DNA of 64,000 nucleotides from Chiloscyllium plagiosum (lineage: Eukaryota), in contig NC_057721.1 of NCBI RefSeq assembly GCF_004010195.1, positions 59,721,185-59,785,184 of the forward strand, written 5' to 3'. The translations under genes and the position numbers were made by a program. Every line of letters begins with the position of its first letter. Positions within the stretch are counted from its first letter, which is position 1. Below are positions 38,905 to 51,832 of this stretch, in pieces. Below the pieces are notes generated by a model, which was not told the DNA's origin, ran no database searches, and saw nothing but the letters and a program-made list of their open reading frames with translations.

Positions 38905-39361
38905 CAGGTACTTCTGGGACTACAGCATTTCGGCAGCACAATTTGTCTATACCATTGCTGAAGAATTAGGGAACGGTATTTTCGAGAACCTCCTGTTGGC
39001 AATAGCGCAAATCCAGTGGGGATCGGTTCACGTTCTTCATTTTCCAAATACTCTGATGTCAGCTGCCAACAGAACAGCTTTCATCAGAGGTATGGTACAG
39101 AGAGGAACTTTCTTATATATTTTTAAATGTACTGTGCTAAATTTACTTTTGATTCATTAGTAAATATGATTTCAACTTGCAGTCGGGCTATGCTAAATGT
39201 TGCATTAAACTTTTGGGTGATTTGAGAGTGATTGTGCACGATATTTTCTGCTGGTCTCCCTCGAACTCCACTTTTCCCATAGACCCCATTATTATTATTA
39301 AGTGATTTTGTATTAACTGAGCTTTCGCTGGAACGCAACTAAGGCGTCCTAGAACTACCTG
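38905..39361. mobile_element. Tc1/mariner (Tigger/pogo-like) MITE
   Basis: TIRs caggtacttctgggac / gtcctagaactacctg, TA on the left flank (TG on the right). Confidence 0.7.
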
Positions 39362-41307
39362 TGCCTTACTGTAAATCAAAGCAATTATTTGCCTTTCACA
39401 CTTCTCTGACAATAATCTTAAATGATAAGGACTCCTCGCTTATAAGTTAATGTGGGCTAGCTTTCTTTTAGACTTAGCTTCTGTGTTTGAGCTACTGCTA
39501 TTTAAGTATGGTAATTAAAGAAATCCATAGTGGTACCACAATCAAATCTCAGATATACATATTGTCATCAATATGAGCACGTTGCAAACACATTCATTCC
39601 CTTGTCCACTGTCAGCACTGCTTGTCCTCTTATCGGACGCGTGATTGAAGGATATTTTTAGAGTCTGTTGGGGTGTGGAGTGGTTGGAAAGATCTTTTAT
39701 GTAATTATTAATTATGAAAAAAAGATAGCTTGGAAATTACTTTGGCTGTGTTCATCAGGATCTAGCTGTGCTTCTAATAGTTTTTGAGAGGAAGCTTGCC
39801 TGCACATTACCTTGCAGTATTGCAGTTTGTTCTCTCATCCTGTGCAAAGTTTGTGAGTTTGTGCCCACACAGAAAGCTGGGCATTGGAGTATTCACACCT
39901 ATTAATCAGCTGAGTAGCATGGCTTCAGCAGAAATGTATACTGCTGTGTTACTGCATAGAAGTACAGGAATTTGTGCTATTAAATTCTGGGGAAATTGGG
40001 ACCTCTGGAAATGTAAGCTACTTGATTCAATTATGACATGCAGGCCACACTGCTCGGGTTTCGCCACATGTTGTAGACTGCCATCCTCCTTCAAACAGGC
40101 TGGCATCACAAACTTAGAGGGAGGTAACTTGGTGAAAGCTGGATTCTCGGATTAGTGCCTGTGTGAGCTTATTATGGATTTAATTTGAATATGCCCTTGT
40201 GTCTTGCTCCAAGTCTGGAAAATTCTGCAAAAGACCTAGATCATTAATTTTGCTGAACTCACCAGTGAATGGGTATGTGCATTGCAGTAGCACCTATTGT
40301 TTAAAAAGCTCAATGCCCTAGGACTGGCGTTTTTCTCATGACTGCTCCGAATGCAACACAATTTAAAGATTTTCCTGTGGGTCTCCTGTAAGTCTTGGAA
40401 GCCTGTGACCCAATTAATATCCAATGGGGCAGGCCCACCATCTAATCAATATAGCGGATGGACGCTCTAAGATGAAGAACCAATTCAGAGCTCCTCTGGC
40501 ATCAAAGTAGTAACAGGATGCCAGAGGAGTTACAGAGCACTCCAAAATGGAGGCACCCTCTTTCTAAATTGATGGAAGTTAATGTAAAGAATACGTTTAG
40601 CAGTCTCTCCACCAATATTGTAGGGACCCTGTCATGCGAGGACAGTATTTGTGATTGTCTGGAGCATTGGCTACCTTGTCTGAGAAACTGTCTGCAAAGG
40701 ATCAAAAAACTCCTTCCTGTCTGCAGTGACATGGAACTTAACTTGAAAATCCTTCTCCATTTTCAACAATTGGCTTTAAGTTGTTATCAAATAGCTGAAT
40801 CCATTAATGCTACTTTCAGGCAGGATGCCGACTCCCCTCCTCCATGTTCCAACCTCTGGGTGAATGGACAAGGAAACCAGTATCCATTGGTACTGTGCCC
40901 ATCTGCCTCTGTTTTAGGCCTTAGCTGACCCTTGGACACCAGTTCACAAGAAGGCTAGGTTTTCCTTCTTCAGACTATTAGTTGACTACAAATTAAGAAT
41001 AGGAGGTGGACGAGTTGATGCACCAAATGATGGCATTGAGGGCAGTTGAGAAATTGCAAAGGACAATGTTGCTGAAGAGATGTAAAGCCATTTTCAAACA
41101 GACAAGAGAATATCATCAAAGCACTGCACAATATCATGCCTTTACCTTGGGATGCTCACTTAAAAAGAATTTGCAGTAGTGTTTCCGAAGAGAGATATTC
41201 TTAAGCATCTATAACCTGCATTGAACTTTATTCCAGGTGTCCCATTCTTCATCCACATTTAGGTCTTTTCATCTTGCAGTGTTTTGGAAAAGACATCATC
41301 AGGCAAT

Positions 41308-41672
41308 TATTAGGGAACATCTCTGGAACACCCGCACCAATCAACCACACCGCCCCGTGGCCCAACATTTCAACTCCCCCTCCCACTCTGCCGAGGACAT
41401 GGAGGTCCTGGGCCTCCTTCAGCGCCCTCCCTCACTACCAGACGCCTGGAGGAAGAACACCTCATCTTCCGCCTCGGAACACTTCAACCCCAGGGCATCA
41501 ATGTGGACTTCAACAGTTTCCTCATTTCCCCTTCTCCCACCTCACCCCAGTTCCAAACTTCCAGCTCAGCACTGTCCCCGTGACTTGTCCGGACTTGTCC
41601 TACCTGCCTATCTCCTTTTCCAAGCACCACTAATCCAGAATCTGGTTTCCAGCATCTGCAGTCATTGTTTTT
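41308..41672 (+). mobile_element. Penelope-like element 3' fragment (GIY-YIG endonuclease C-terminus)
   Basis: REHLWNTRTNQPHRPVAQHFNSPSH...RRLEEEHLIFRLGTLQPQGINVDF with one frameshift, then pLTR tail ccagcatctgcagtc. Confidence 0.9.
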
Positions 41673-43093
41673 AGCTAATTACCTTTCAGAATTCATTTGC
41701 TTTCATTTTGAATTTTGTCTTCACCTTACCAACTGTCACCCAAATTCAAGTTCCATCTCAGATGAGCAGTCTTTCAAACCATCTGGGATTAGGATTCCTA
41801 TAAAATCTTTCTACAATACAAAAAAATCTCACCATAAAGCACAACTTGGAGTAGGGTATAAGAATATGATTTGATTTTCAAAAGGAATGTAGCTTTGTTT
41901 TTGTAGTTCCAATCATTCACTAAATATCAACATTATGACATTATAAATGGGGTATACTAAGGAGTTAATCACATACTGGTTAAATATATTACCTCTCTCT
42001 TCATGATCTCAGAACTGATATGTTGTGGAAAATCGAAACTGTTTTTCGCTCTGCAAAGTTGAATTTGTCTAAACAGGACCAAAATGTTGAATATTGAATT
42101 GCTTAATTATGATTAGGAGAGGGGTCATCAGAGTTGTGCTCTTCCTCTGCTTATCTGTGTACTAAACTTGGTTAAGGCTTGTGAATATTTGTGTCAAATA
42201 ATCATAGGCAAAATATGGAGATATGGATTCACAACCATCATTCCCTGCACAGTGTCTGGTCTCAAGAAGGTAGCTTGGCATCAATAATTTCCAAAATATT
42301 GATACTGCTACTTTAAGAATATTCTAAGACCACTACATCATGTTTAATGTTACAGAAGTAATCAATATGCTTTGCTTAATTATGAAATTTAATATGGCAT
42401 TGAGTAAAAGATCTGAATTTCACAATTTATGCCATTTTCAGTTTTTTTAAATTAATATTGCTCCATGGAAGACATGTTTAACCCAAACACAGACAATGCT
42501 GTGTTGGGACAGAGAGCACTTGGTAACATATTTTACATTTAGTAATGCTTGTGGTTACATATAGTTAGTAATTGGATTGCTTTCATAGTGATTCTGACAC
42601 ATCAGTCAGCCCGTTAAGACACAGTGAAGGGATAGCACAAGAAAAGCTCAAGAATTTAAATTTGGAATAAATTTAAAAATATGAAAATAAAGCATATTAA
42701 ATCCACAGCTTGAGCATCCTCTGGGCCCCTCACAAATATAAAGAAATCCAGGGAAATGTGGGAATGAAAAGAGAGAATGAGCTGACAAAACAAAGGCTGT
42801 CAAACTAATTTAGTCTCAGAACACAAGTAACTGTCATAGTGAAATTTACCCCATTAGAGTTTTCATTGATGGAGCTGAAGAATATGGCAGCAGAAGTGAT
42901 AAACCTTATCTATAATAATAGTAGAATTATACATGACAGGAGAGGTCTACTATTCATCAAATATGTATTACCAAAAATGTACTGCTACCTACACTTTCCT
43001 GCAATACAGTGTAATTGAAATTAAATACCACCAGCTACCATAGTGGGAATTAACTGTGTATGCAGAGTGTTGCTTTGGATCTCTAGATTATTA

Positions 43094-43302
43094 CTGACTG
43101 AAAATGTGTTGCTGGAAAAGCGCAGCAGGTCAGGCAGCATCCAAGGAGCAGGAGAATCGACGTTTCGGGTATAAGCCCTTCGTCAGGAATGATGCCCAAA
43201 ACGTCGACTCTCCTGCTCCTTGGATGCTGCCTGACCTGCTGCGCTTTTCCAAAAACACATTTTCAGCTCTGATCTCCAGCATCTGCAGTCCTCACTTTCT
43301 CC
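43094..43302. mobile_element. Penelope-like fold-back (inverted pLTR) element
   Basis: ~70-bp inverted arms. Perfect 14-bp TSD tctctagattatta at 43080-43093 and 43303-43316. Confidence 0.9.
43151..43190 (-). ncRNA. minimal type-I hammerhead ribozyme motif in the Penelope pLTR
   Basis: attc-CTGACGA-a-GGGcttataCCC-GAAAC-GTC-gattctcc: catalytic core, stem II, loopless palindromic stem III (ACGT) and GUC cleavage triplet. Distal stem I is lost. Confidence 0.65.
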
Positions 43303-43413
43303 TCTCTAGATTATTAGTCCAGTGACATTAGCACTATACTAAAGTCGCACGTAGCATTATCCTGTTAAATATGGTGAATCACAACATTGTCTTTTATCAA
43401 ATACAATGTTTTA

Positions 43414-43536
43414 TAAGTATGTAAGTTGGTTGGCTGAGCTTGAAGGTTTGTTTTCAGATGTATCATCACCTTCAAGCTCAGTGAGCTACCTTACATACTT
43501 ATCATCAACCTGAGCTACAAATCCTCTCAAAAATCG
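43414..43536. mobile_element. short Penelope-like fold-back of another family
   Basis: arms taagtatgtaag...ctgagcttgaaggt / accttcaagctcag...cttacatactta; near-TSD acaatg(t/c)tttat. Confidence 0.7.
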
Positions 43537-46500
43537 TAAACAATGCTTTATGTTGATAAGTAATGAAAATTAATCATGATCAAAAGTTACACTTGACAGA
43601 ACCTTCTTTTATTTGTTTGATCACCTTTGCTTTCTTTTTGTTTAATTGTTTCATTATATCCGTTTCCTATATTTGAATACACTCAAACTTCATCCTCACA
43701 AAGTCCCTGGAACAGGCTAAATAGCTCTTGTTAACAGGAGTTCAATATGCGAGCGGTTGTGTTAGCTTGCCATGTAAAGATCCCTTTCACACACCATGCT
43801 GGTGTTTGCACAGCCACTACAGTGTAGCTAGAAAATTGTGCAAAATCAGCATCTAGAAAAAGAAGAGAAGCACCTGAAAATGTAGCCCACCTTTACATTT
43901 TACCAATCGCAATAAGTCCGCTGTGTATTTCCAGCATTTCCTGTTCTTATTATTGTGTGAAAGTGTTCACTGTTGGAGTGCGTTTTCACCAAACACTAAA
44001 ATACTTTATACCAACTAAGTGCAAATCCTGTTTCATAAGCACCATGGAGGCACGAATCTAAAATACATCTGCCATTTCCCATCCACCCACTTGCAGTACC
44101 ATGATTCATTTGAGTTAACAATTGTCAATTTTGTTGCAGCCTGAGGCTGAAAAGTGCCCTTTAACTTTTACTTTCTGATGTAATTATTTTCCACAGGCAG
44201 TCAAGTAGTTTGAAGAATAATAGTGAGCCTGTGAAAAAGATCTTAACCAAATGGCAGAAGAAAAAAATAACATAATTGGGCAAGTTAAAAACATTTAGGG
44301 AAAAAAATAATTGAGCAATTAAATGTTTTCTGTTATTTTGATAGCAATAGATTTTCCAAAGTTTCTCACTGGTTTAAGCAGGTGTTTATTTAAGTAGCAT
44401 TATTGTCATTCTGATGATAGGTCATGGATCTGAGACATTGGATGAGAAGAAATGCAAACATCGAGGTGGGAAACCCAGTGGCCAGATCTGTTTAATCGTA
44501 GGAGAATCCTTCTGATGGAGAAACCTCTGTGCCCATGTTTAAACTGCAGGAAGCCTGCAATAGCAGGATGTCAGTCAGTTTCATTAATGAGACAATCGAT
44601 AGCCATTACCCCTGAATCCCCTGCAAGTTAGAGGTGACTTAGGGATTAAGTGGAGGCCAAACAGCTTTCCTGTGCCCTTGTCAGGTCATTCAGTCAACCC
44701 GGAGTGGTCCCCCATATTCAGACACTCGATTGAGTGATGTGGCATTGGGCAGTGAGCGGCCACTGAATGCCAACCATACTAGCCCTGCCCTGGGCCTCTC
44801 ATCCCTTCTCTCCTGCGACCCCTATCCCACTCTCACTGACCTATTGGCCTGGGGTCATGCAAAGATCCTGTGCCTCCAGCTACTGCCAGTCTGGCTGGTG
44901 CAATGACTGTGCGGTGGATGGTGTGTGGGGTTTGGGGCAAGGTCAGTTAGTCCCTGCCGGTTCACCCAACAAGATTGACATGAACCCTAATGGCATGGCA
45001 AAACCCTGTCAGGTTTCACGGGCAAGATTTTTTGGCTGGTACGGAATTTTGCGCTGCTCAGCAGTTTACCAGCTCCAACCTGCATCCACTTCCCTGGACG
45101 TAGATTAGCAGTGGGGAGGCTCTTGGTGAAAGGCTATATGCCCACATGAGTGGGTACCCAACTGAAATAATTATGGCTTGTTGAAGAGTGATGATTTGTC
45201 CGGTGAGACGGGACATTGACATTTTAGCCCCCAGAAGCAGTTTCCATACACTGGGTGGGAAATGTGGAACTGGGGACAATGTTTCAAATGTAATCCTCCC
45301 TGAACTGCCTGTGTGATAGCCTGGCTTGAAAGGTCATTTTTATTTGATATCTGAAGTTGCTGAATAGGCGGCACCTTCAATTATGCAGGGTTCCCTTTTC
45401 CCTCACTTACCTGCAAAAACTGACATGCTTCTGCAATCAAATTGGAAGGTTTCTTATTGATCAACCATTGTTGATAGCACCCACAATTCAATAACAGACT
45501 GGTCCAGGGAAAAGGATGGACAAGTGACTAGTTTCCTGCCCAAGTTGGACCTCTTACACCCATTTGAATTTGACAGGAGAATCCTGCAACCTATTGGAAA
45601 TTATTGCCCTCCATTTCTCCTCAGATGCAGCCAGACCTGTTGAGTATTTACAGCATTTTCTTTCATTTCCTTTCAAAAAATTGCTTTCCTTTCATTTTTC
45701 AAGTGTAAAGTCAATGATAACTTGTTGGAGGTTGGAAGTAGAATAGTGGCCAAATTTAGCATTATTTGTTTACATTTTTTTTTGAAAAGTACAAAAATAT
45801 TTTCTGACAGGATTGTAAAATATTTAAGAGGATAAAAAAATGTAGGTAAGTCAAACAAACCAAACATCCCTTTCTTGAAGAACTATAATAACTGAGTTGC
45901 ATCTGTGCTAACAATCACACACACACACACAACGCACACAAGTTAATTTTCATCCTGTTTGTTTCCCCTATTGACTGCATACTCGGAACTCAAATGAACC
46001 CAGTCACACATTTGGCAGTTGTGCGAAAATGAGGGGTGGCTTCTCCAATTTGCAGCTCTGTTGAAGCTTTGAAGCAGCAGATTTGTTTGATTATGATCCG
46101 CGGTTATAGAGTTCTCCAGACGCCACTGTGTACCCTCTGTTTAAGAGGTGTAACTGACAGTCTATCTATAGAGAACAAATAAACTTCCCCTGGGTCTTAC
46201 AGTCCTATTTTCAAAATGATTGTTGTAATTACAAACTGGACTCAAAAATGTAATACACAACTTCATAGCCAAAAGTAATTGTGAATGATTAAGGACAAGT
46301 TGAAGACTTTTGTTTCAAAAAGTAGTATTTGTGTCTACATATCATTGTATTCAATAAGGTTTGTTCTGTAACAAAGGATAGTTAACAGGATAATTCGTAG
46401 CTAATGTAGTAAATTACAATAAAATTGCTGGAATAACTTTAATAATTTAATTTCATGAATTTGTATCCCATTGCTTAGAATAATGAGCATATTTTGATAT

Positions 46501-46584
46501 TTACAATAGATGGGAGCTGGTCATCACTTTTAACCTGAGAAGGGATTCACTCTGTGGGGGCAAGACAGAAGATAAATGTAATCA

Positions 46585-48410
46585 GCAGCTGAATTTTACC
46601 AGAATCTCCTCAGCTTCATTTTTTTTTTTTAAGATTTGTCGATGGTTTCTCTCAGTGGAGTTGAATAAATACTATCATGCTTCATTAACTAGGTCCTCTC
46701 TTGTCAGATGCTAACCCAATTCTCCTACTCACTGTAAGCAAAGTAATCACCAGTGCTGGGACATTGCAGGATTCCAGCTGGCAGGGCTATGTTTAAAAAG
46801 CCATTGCACTAAGCACTGGCAATTAGAAATGTTCTACTCGGTTTGGGAACTTTGGTCCAGACATGGCAGAGAAGGAGAAATTGGCACGCTACTTTGCGGA
46901 TAGGGAAGCACTCAGCTCATGGACTGGACCAAGTTGCATCACAGGGCTCACTTTCCTACTACACGCTCACTTTGCATCCACCTGGATGGTCACAATATCT
47001 TTGCCTTACCTTACCTTTTTGCAGTTTGCCAAATTTCTGTTTTACCTTGCTGTTCAGCATAGACACAAAGGCAGGCAGCTCGCTATGGTTGTCAGCATGC
47101 ATTAATCAAGGGAATGGACATGTTGCTGTACAAAATCATTCCATGTCAATGTCACACATTCAGCATCCGCCAACAGCCTGCATAGCAAACACAATGCATT
47201 TGCATCAGCCAAAAGTCCTAAATTGGAAGCAGGGTAGTCCCCTGTTAGTCAGTCCTAGGACCACGATTACAGTAAGTCAAGGGCACTCTCCAATATAAGT
47301 TCAGGTGCTTGGGAGAGTCACAATCAGTATTGTCTCCTCGTAGCGGATGAGAAGCTGAATGTCGGGAACCCTAATACTCAAGTTGGCTCTTTATGCCCGT
47401 CTGTGAGATGTTTCCTTCTGGAATGAGACAAAAGCAGGGAATGAATAAAATGGAAGTGACTAGCACACACTGGCAGGTGGATGAAATGTGGTGAGGTGTC
47501 ATGAATGAGGGTGTAATTGGTGTAGATGCCATGCAGGGTTAGGATTCTGGGAGGATGAAAGAGCGTGAGGGAAGATTTTTGGGAGAGACAGTGAGTGTTA
47601 TAGAGCATCAACCTTGCTGGGATGTGGGTTCAGTAGCACAGACAGAATGAGTATGAGGTAGCAGAGAGAAGGTGGTGGCATTTACCTGGTGGAGTGGAGA
47701 AAGTAACTGACTCTCCTGTAGCACTGCCTGCTGTTCCTCCAGATGGCTGAGACCTCATTGCCTGGGGGATGGGGGGGAATAACCTCAGATCAGACTGGCA
47801 AGGATAGGTGCTGTGATCTTCTCTGCTGGTCAGGGGAAGAGGCTCACCCTCCTGTGAATCACTCTATTTACCAGGATCTCCAGGTCCCTATCTGCAAAGT
47901 AGCATGCCAATTTCTCCATGCCAATTTGCCATGGACCAAAGTTCCCAAACCAGGCAGAGCACCAGATTGTCAGCACTTAGTGCAATGGCCTTTTAAATCT
48001 GGCCCTAGCACCAGGAATCTTGCAATGTCCCAGCTCTGAATGCAAGCAAAGTGTCCTTGCAGCAGCATTGCAATGAAAGTGCCAGTGCACTCCAGTGCAA
48101 CATTAAAGTACAGAACCATGCTGTAAGTGGATCGGAAATATGCCATGATCATACATAGAGGCTGGTATATGTCAGATGCCAATGTTCATGCATGGTGGGT
48201 GCATGCAGCAGCTGCCCATGGATGTTACTGCCCAGTATCCAAGCTGATGATGAGGAGGAGCAGCAAAACGGTAAGCTGGAGTCACCAGGTCTCCACTCTA
48301 ATTATCAGATCGAGAATTCTCAGAGCCAAATTTCTATCCAGCAGTGGGATATTGAGAGACTGCATATCAATGAGAAGGACTTTGCTGAACAGTTCACCTA
48401 ATTTTCCCAA
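46585..48410 (-). mobile_element. Harbinger-derived element carrying a Myb/SANT-like gene relic and an inverted copy of its 5' region
   Basis: Minus exon 1 MEKLACYFADRDLEILV...; intact GT-AG intron 47418-47685; exon 2 ...VPDIQLLIRYEE. Segment 46751-46905 is an inverted homologue of 47884-48038. Outer boundaries are approximate. Confidence 0.7.
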
Positions 48411-48524
48411 ACTTCTCATTATAGCCCAGGTCAGTCAGGGACTGGGTACATTCCATCCTGAATAATGATATTTAGACTTACGCGGTAACCATTTTCAATG
48501 CTAAGCTTTCTGTAATCACATACA

Positions 48525-48900
48525 ATTATATGAATATACAAAATAGCAGCTGCAGAAACCATTTGGCCTTCATTTGGTTCTGCCATTCAACATGACCATG
48601 GTTGATATGTTTGTAATTCACATTCCACATTTACATCAACCCACTCCCCCGCCCCCCACCAATAACCCTTGATTCCACAGCCTAGCAAGAATTTATCTAC
48701 CCCTGTTTTAATAATACTTAATGATTCCCGTCTCTACAACTCTCAGAGTTCCAATGCAGTATAACCCTCAGAGGGGAAAACAATTTTCCTCATCTCAATC
48801 CTAAAAGGGTGATGCCTAACCTTGAAACAGTGCTCCCTAGTTCTGAACTTGCCCACAAAATCAAACAACTTTTCCATGTCCACCTTGTCAAAACCAGTAA
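48525..48900 (-). mobile_element. CR1 3' fragment
   Basis: GFDKVDMEKLF...FRTREHCFKVR...FRIEMRK. Confidence 0.8.
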
Positions 48901-48904
48901 GTAA

Positions 48905-49280
48905 CTTATCCACAAGCATCCACTCCCTCCACAACTGATGCACAATGGCAGCAGTGTGTACCATCTACAGGATGCACACAGAAATTCACCAAAGATCTTA
49001 GACAGTACCTTCAACAATTTCTATCTAGAAGGACAAGCAAGTACATAGAAACATCACCATCTGCAAGTTCCTCTCCAAGCCACTCGTCATCCTGATCTGG
49101 AAATATAATCACTGTTTTTTTCAGTGTTGTCAGATAAAAATCCTTAAATTCCCTCCCTGAGAGCATTGTGGGTCCATCTACAGCAGGTGGACTGCAGCCG
49201 TTCAAGAAAGCAGCTCACCACCAGCAGCTCAATGGCAACTAGGGATGGGCAATAAATGCTGGCCTGCCGGATACACCCAC
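48905..49280 (+). mobile_element. LINE 3' end (partner tail of the SINEs at 9462 and 62598)
   Basis: ends gggatgggcAATAAAtgctggcct...cacatcccatgaatgaataaaaa. Confidence 0.75.
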
Positions 49281-50313
49281 ATCCCATGAATGAATAAAAA
49301 ATTTACTTCAGTCACACTTTCACACAATCAAACAAACTTTTATGGTTGATTCCAGCAGGTAAAAATGCACTTTATGTCTACAAATGTTGTTAAGTCTACA
49401 CTCAGATGCCAACAAAAAGTCATGAATTTCATTGTATAGTCAAGAAAATTTCAGTTCCCTCTGAGCTTTATTAAAATCATGAAAATTCTACAGTATGGCT
49501 GCACAAGTGGAAATGAAAGAGCCAAAGGGGAAAGGATAAGTCCTATGTAACCTGGAAGAACATAAGGAGCTGTACCCTTGAATAGTTCATAAACCTGACT
49601 GAAGACAATGCTACTGACATTGCAACAGCCTCGAATGGTAGCTTTAGGAAAATGGCATGGATGAAGGTACTTCCAATCCATTAGCAGCAATCTGCTTTTC
49701 TCTCTTTTTCTCTTCTGTTTTTCTCATTTCATGGCAACTGTTAGCAAAGTGCTCCATGCAAATTTTCAAGGGTTCTTTAGAAATGGAGGAAATGTTGACA
49801 AGAGAAAGATGACAAAAACAGATGATAGAATTCTGGAGGATAGTGGCATAGCAGAATAAGTCTTGCTACTGTTAGATTGAAGGGGTCCATACTGTAAGTA
49901 ATTCAGAATGTTGAGACCTAGGACTGTAAAAGGTTGCGTTAGCGTATACATCAAGGTCACAGACGGACTGGAAAATAAAGATTTTGTAGTCAATGCTCTG
50001 GCATTGGAAGCTGATGGAGTACAAAATGGACAAAAGTGAAAATTGATCCATTCTAATTGATTTGTGAGGGGAATCTCTTTTTTTTAACTTTAAAACAAGC
50101 ATTTAAATTGATTTATTGTGAAATATAATAATCAGTGACTATCCTCCTATTTGAAGATGCCATCTACTTAGAGTTGCAATCTTCTGCCAGGAGTTTTTTT
50201 GTGGCTTAGCAGGTTGATCTACAACTCACAAATCTTTGAGAATAGATGCAGCATGTCTCATTAAAAAATTGCTAGATTTGATTCCTTTCCCTCTTTGTGA
50301 TCAGCCTACCTCA

Positions 50314-51832
50314 TGTTCTGGACTAGGCCCGACCACTCAAAACATTCTTAAGCAGGCAACCCCAGACCATAACTTTGTGATTGGTTTCGGTAAGTATACC
50401 CGGAGTAAGATAGCGAGCTTGACTACTAGATTTTAAAACAAACATTCATTCAAAATGTTACGCAATGAAACACAAAGAACAGAATAAAGAATCCCTACAG
50501 AACTCAGCCTATCCAACTAAACTTAATTATGCTGTTCCAAATATACACAACTGTTCCAATAAGTAAACACCCTTTGAAAACTCGTATAAATGGAATACAT
50601 GCTTCCAGATTAGAGAACATAGAACATAGAACAATACAGCGCAGAACAGGCCCCTCAGCCCTTGATGTTGCGCTGACCTGTGAACTATTCTCAGCTCGTC
50701 CCCCTACATTATCCCAAAATAATCCATGTGCTTATCTAAGGATTGCTAAATCTCACTAATGTGGCTGGGTTGACTACCTTAGCTGGTAGGGCATTCCATG
50801 CACTTACCACTCTCTGCGTAAAGAAACTGCCTCTGACGTCTGTCTTAAATCTATCACCCCTCCATTTGTAGTTACGCCCCCTCGTACAAGCTTATGTCAT
50901 CATCCTCGGAAAAAGACTTTCACTGTCGACCCTATCTAATCCTCTGATCATCCTGTATGTCTCTAGCAAATCCCCTCTTAGCCTTCTTCTTTCCAATGAG
51001 AACAGACCCAAGTTTCTCAGCCTTTCCTCATAAGACCTTCCCTCCAGACCAGGCAACATCCTGGTAAATCTCCTCTGCACCTTTTCCAATGCTTCCACAT
51101 CCTTCCCAAAATGTGGGGACTAGAACTGTACACAATATTCCAAGTATGGCCGCACCAGTGTTTTGTATAGTTGCAGCATGATATTGCGGCTCCGGAACTC
51201 AATCCCTCTATGAATGAAACCTAACACACCGTATGCCTTCTTAACAGCACTATCCACCTGGGTGACAACTTTCAGGGATCTATGTACATGGACTCCAAGA
51301 TCCCTCTGCACATCCACACTACCAAGAATCTTTCCTTGACCCAGTACTCTGCCTTCCTGTTATTCTTCCCAAAGTACATCACCTCACATTTAGCTGCATT
51401 GAACTCCATTTTCCACCTCTCAGCCCAATTCTGCAGTTTATCCAAGTCCCTCTGCAACCTGTAACATTCTTCCAAACTATCCACTACTCCACTGACTTTA
51501 GTGTCGTAAGTGAGGTTGAAGATGAAGGGCAGAAAGGAGAGAGAGTTTCCACACAGCTCCCTTTTGAACTTCCTAGTTCAAGACTGAACTAAAATTGCTC
51601 AGCCCAGCTAAAGAGCGGATCACTCCTCTTTCATTATACACGTCACTTCTAAAACACGACCACTTTGGCCTGAAGTCTCATCTGTTTGCAGATAAACAAA
51701 AGACCTCTCTAGATCCTTTTAATCTCTGTCCCAAACCAAACTGATCAGAGTCCTGCCCTCTGAAAAATATTAAGGACAGTTTCCTTGAGACAAGGAAATG
51801 TTTTTAGAAAAAAAGGGACTAGCTTTGTGACA
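50314..51832. mobile_element. solo LTR split by a CR1 insertion
   Basis: TG...CA ends and near-TSD ctca/ctaa. Collinear homology with 14307-14910 (e.g. aatgaaacacaaagaacagaa, cactcctctttcattat). Confidence 0.8.
50610..51507 (-). mobile_element. young CR1 LINE 3' fragment
   Basis: DDTKV...LQRDLDKL..WAERWKMEFN...LYKTLVRPYLEYCVQF...; tail (ttctatg)n. Confidence 0.95.

Larger units (their letters stand above)
36960..41100 (-). mobile_element. highly decayed LTR-retroelement/retrovirus-like pol relic
   Basis: Minus-strand remnants in the expected order: PR LL-DxxGA (~40485-40510) and VTGF (~40400); RT PQGFKNSP-like (~39650-39672) with in-frame HIDD (~39563-39574); WYT(D)G (~37817-37828); integrase AH...LHLG...C (~36990-37132). 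Confidence 0.5.

Noticed and set aside
40518-40928. 136-aa plus-strand ORF as a gene
   Set aside because: It lies antisense to the decayed retroelement gag/pro region and has no recognisable motif.
14307-51832. one giant LTR element bounded by the two related LTRs
   Set aside because: Each LTR has its own flanking duplication and they are clearly diverged from each other.
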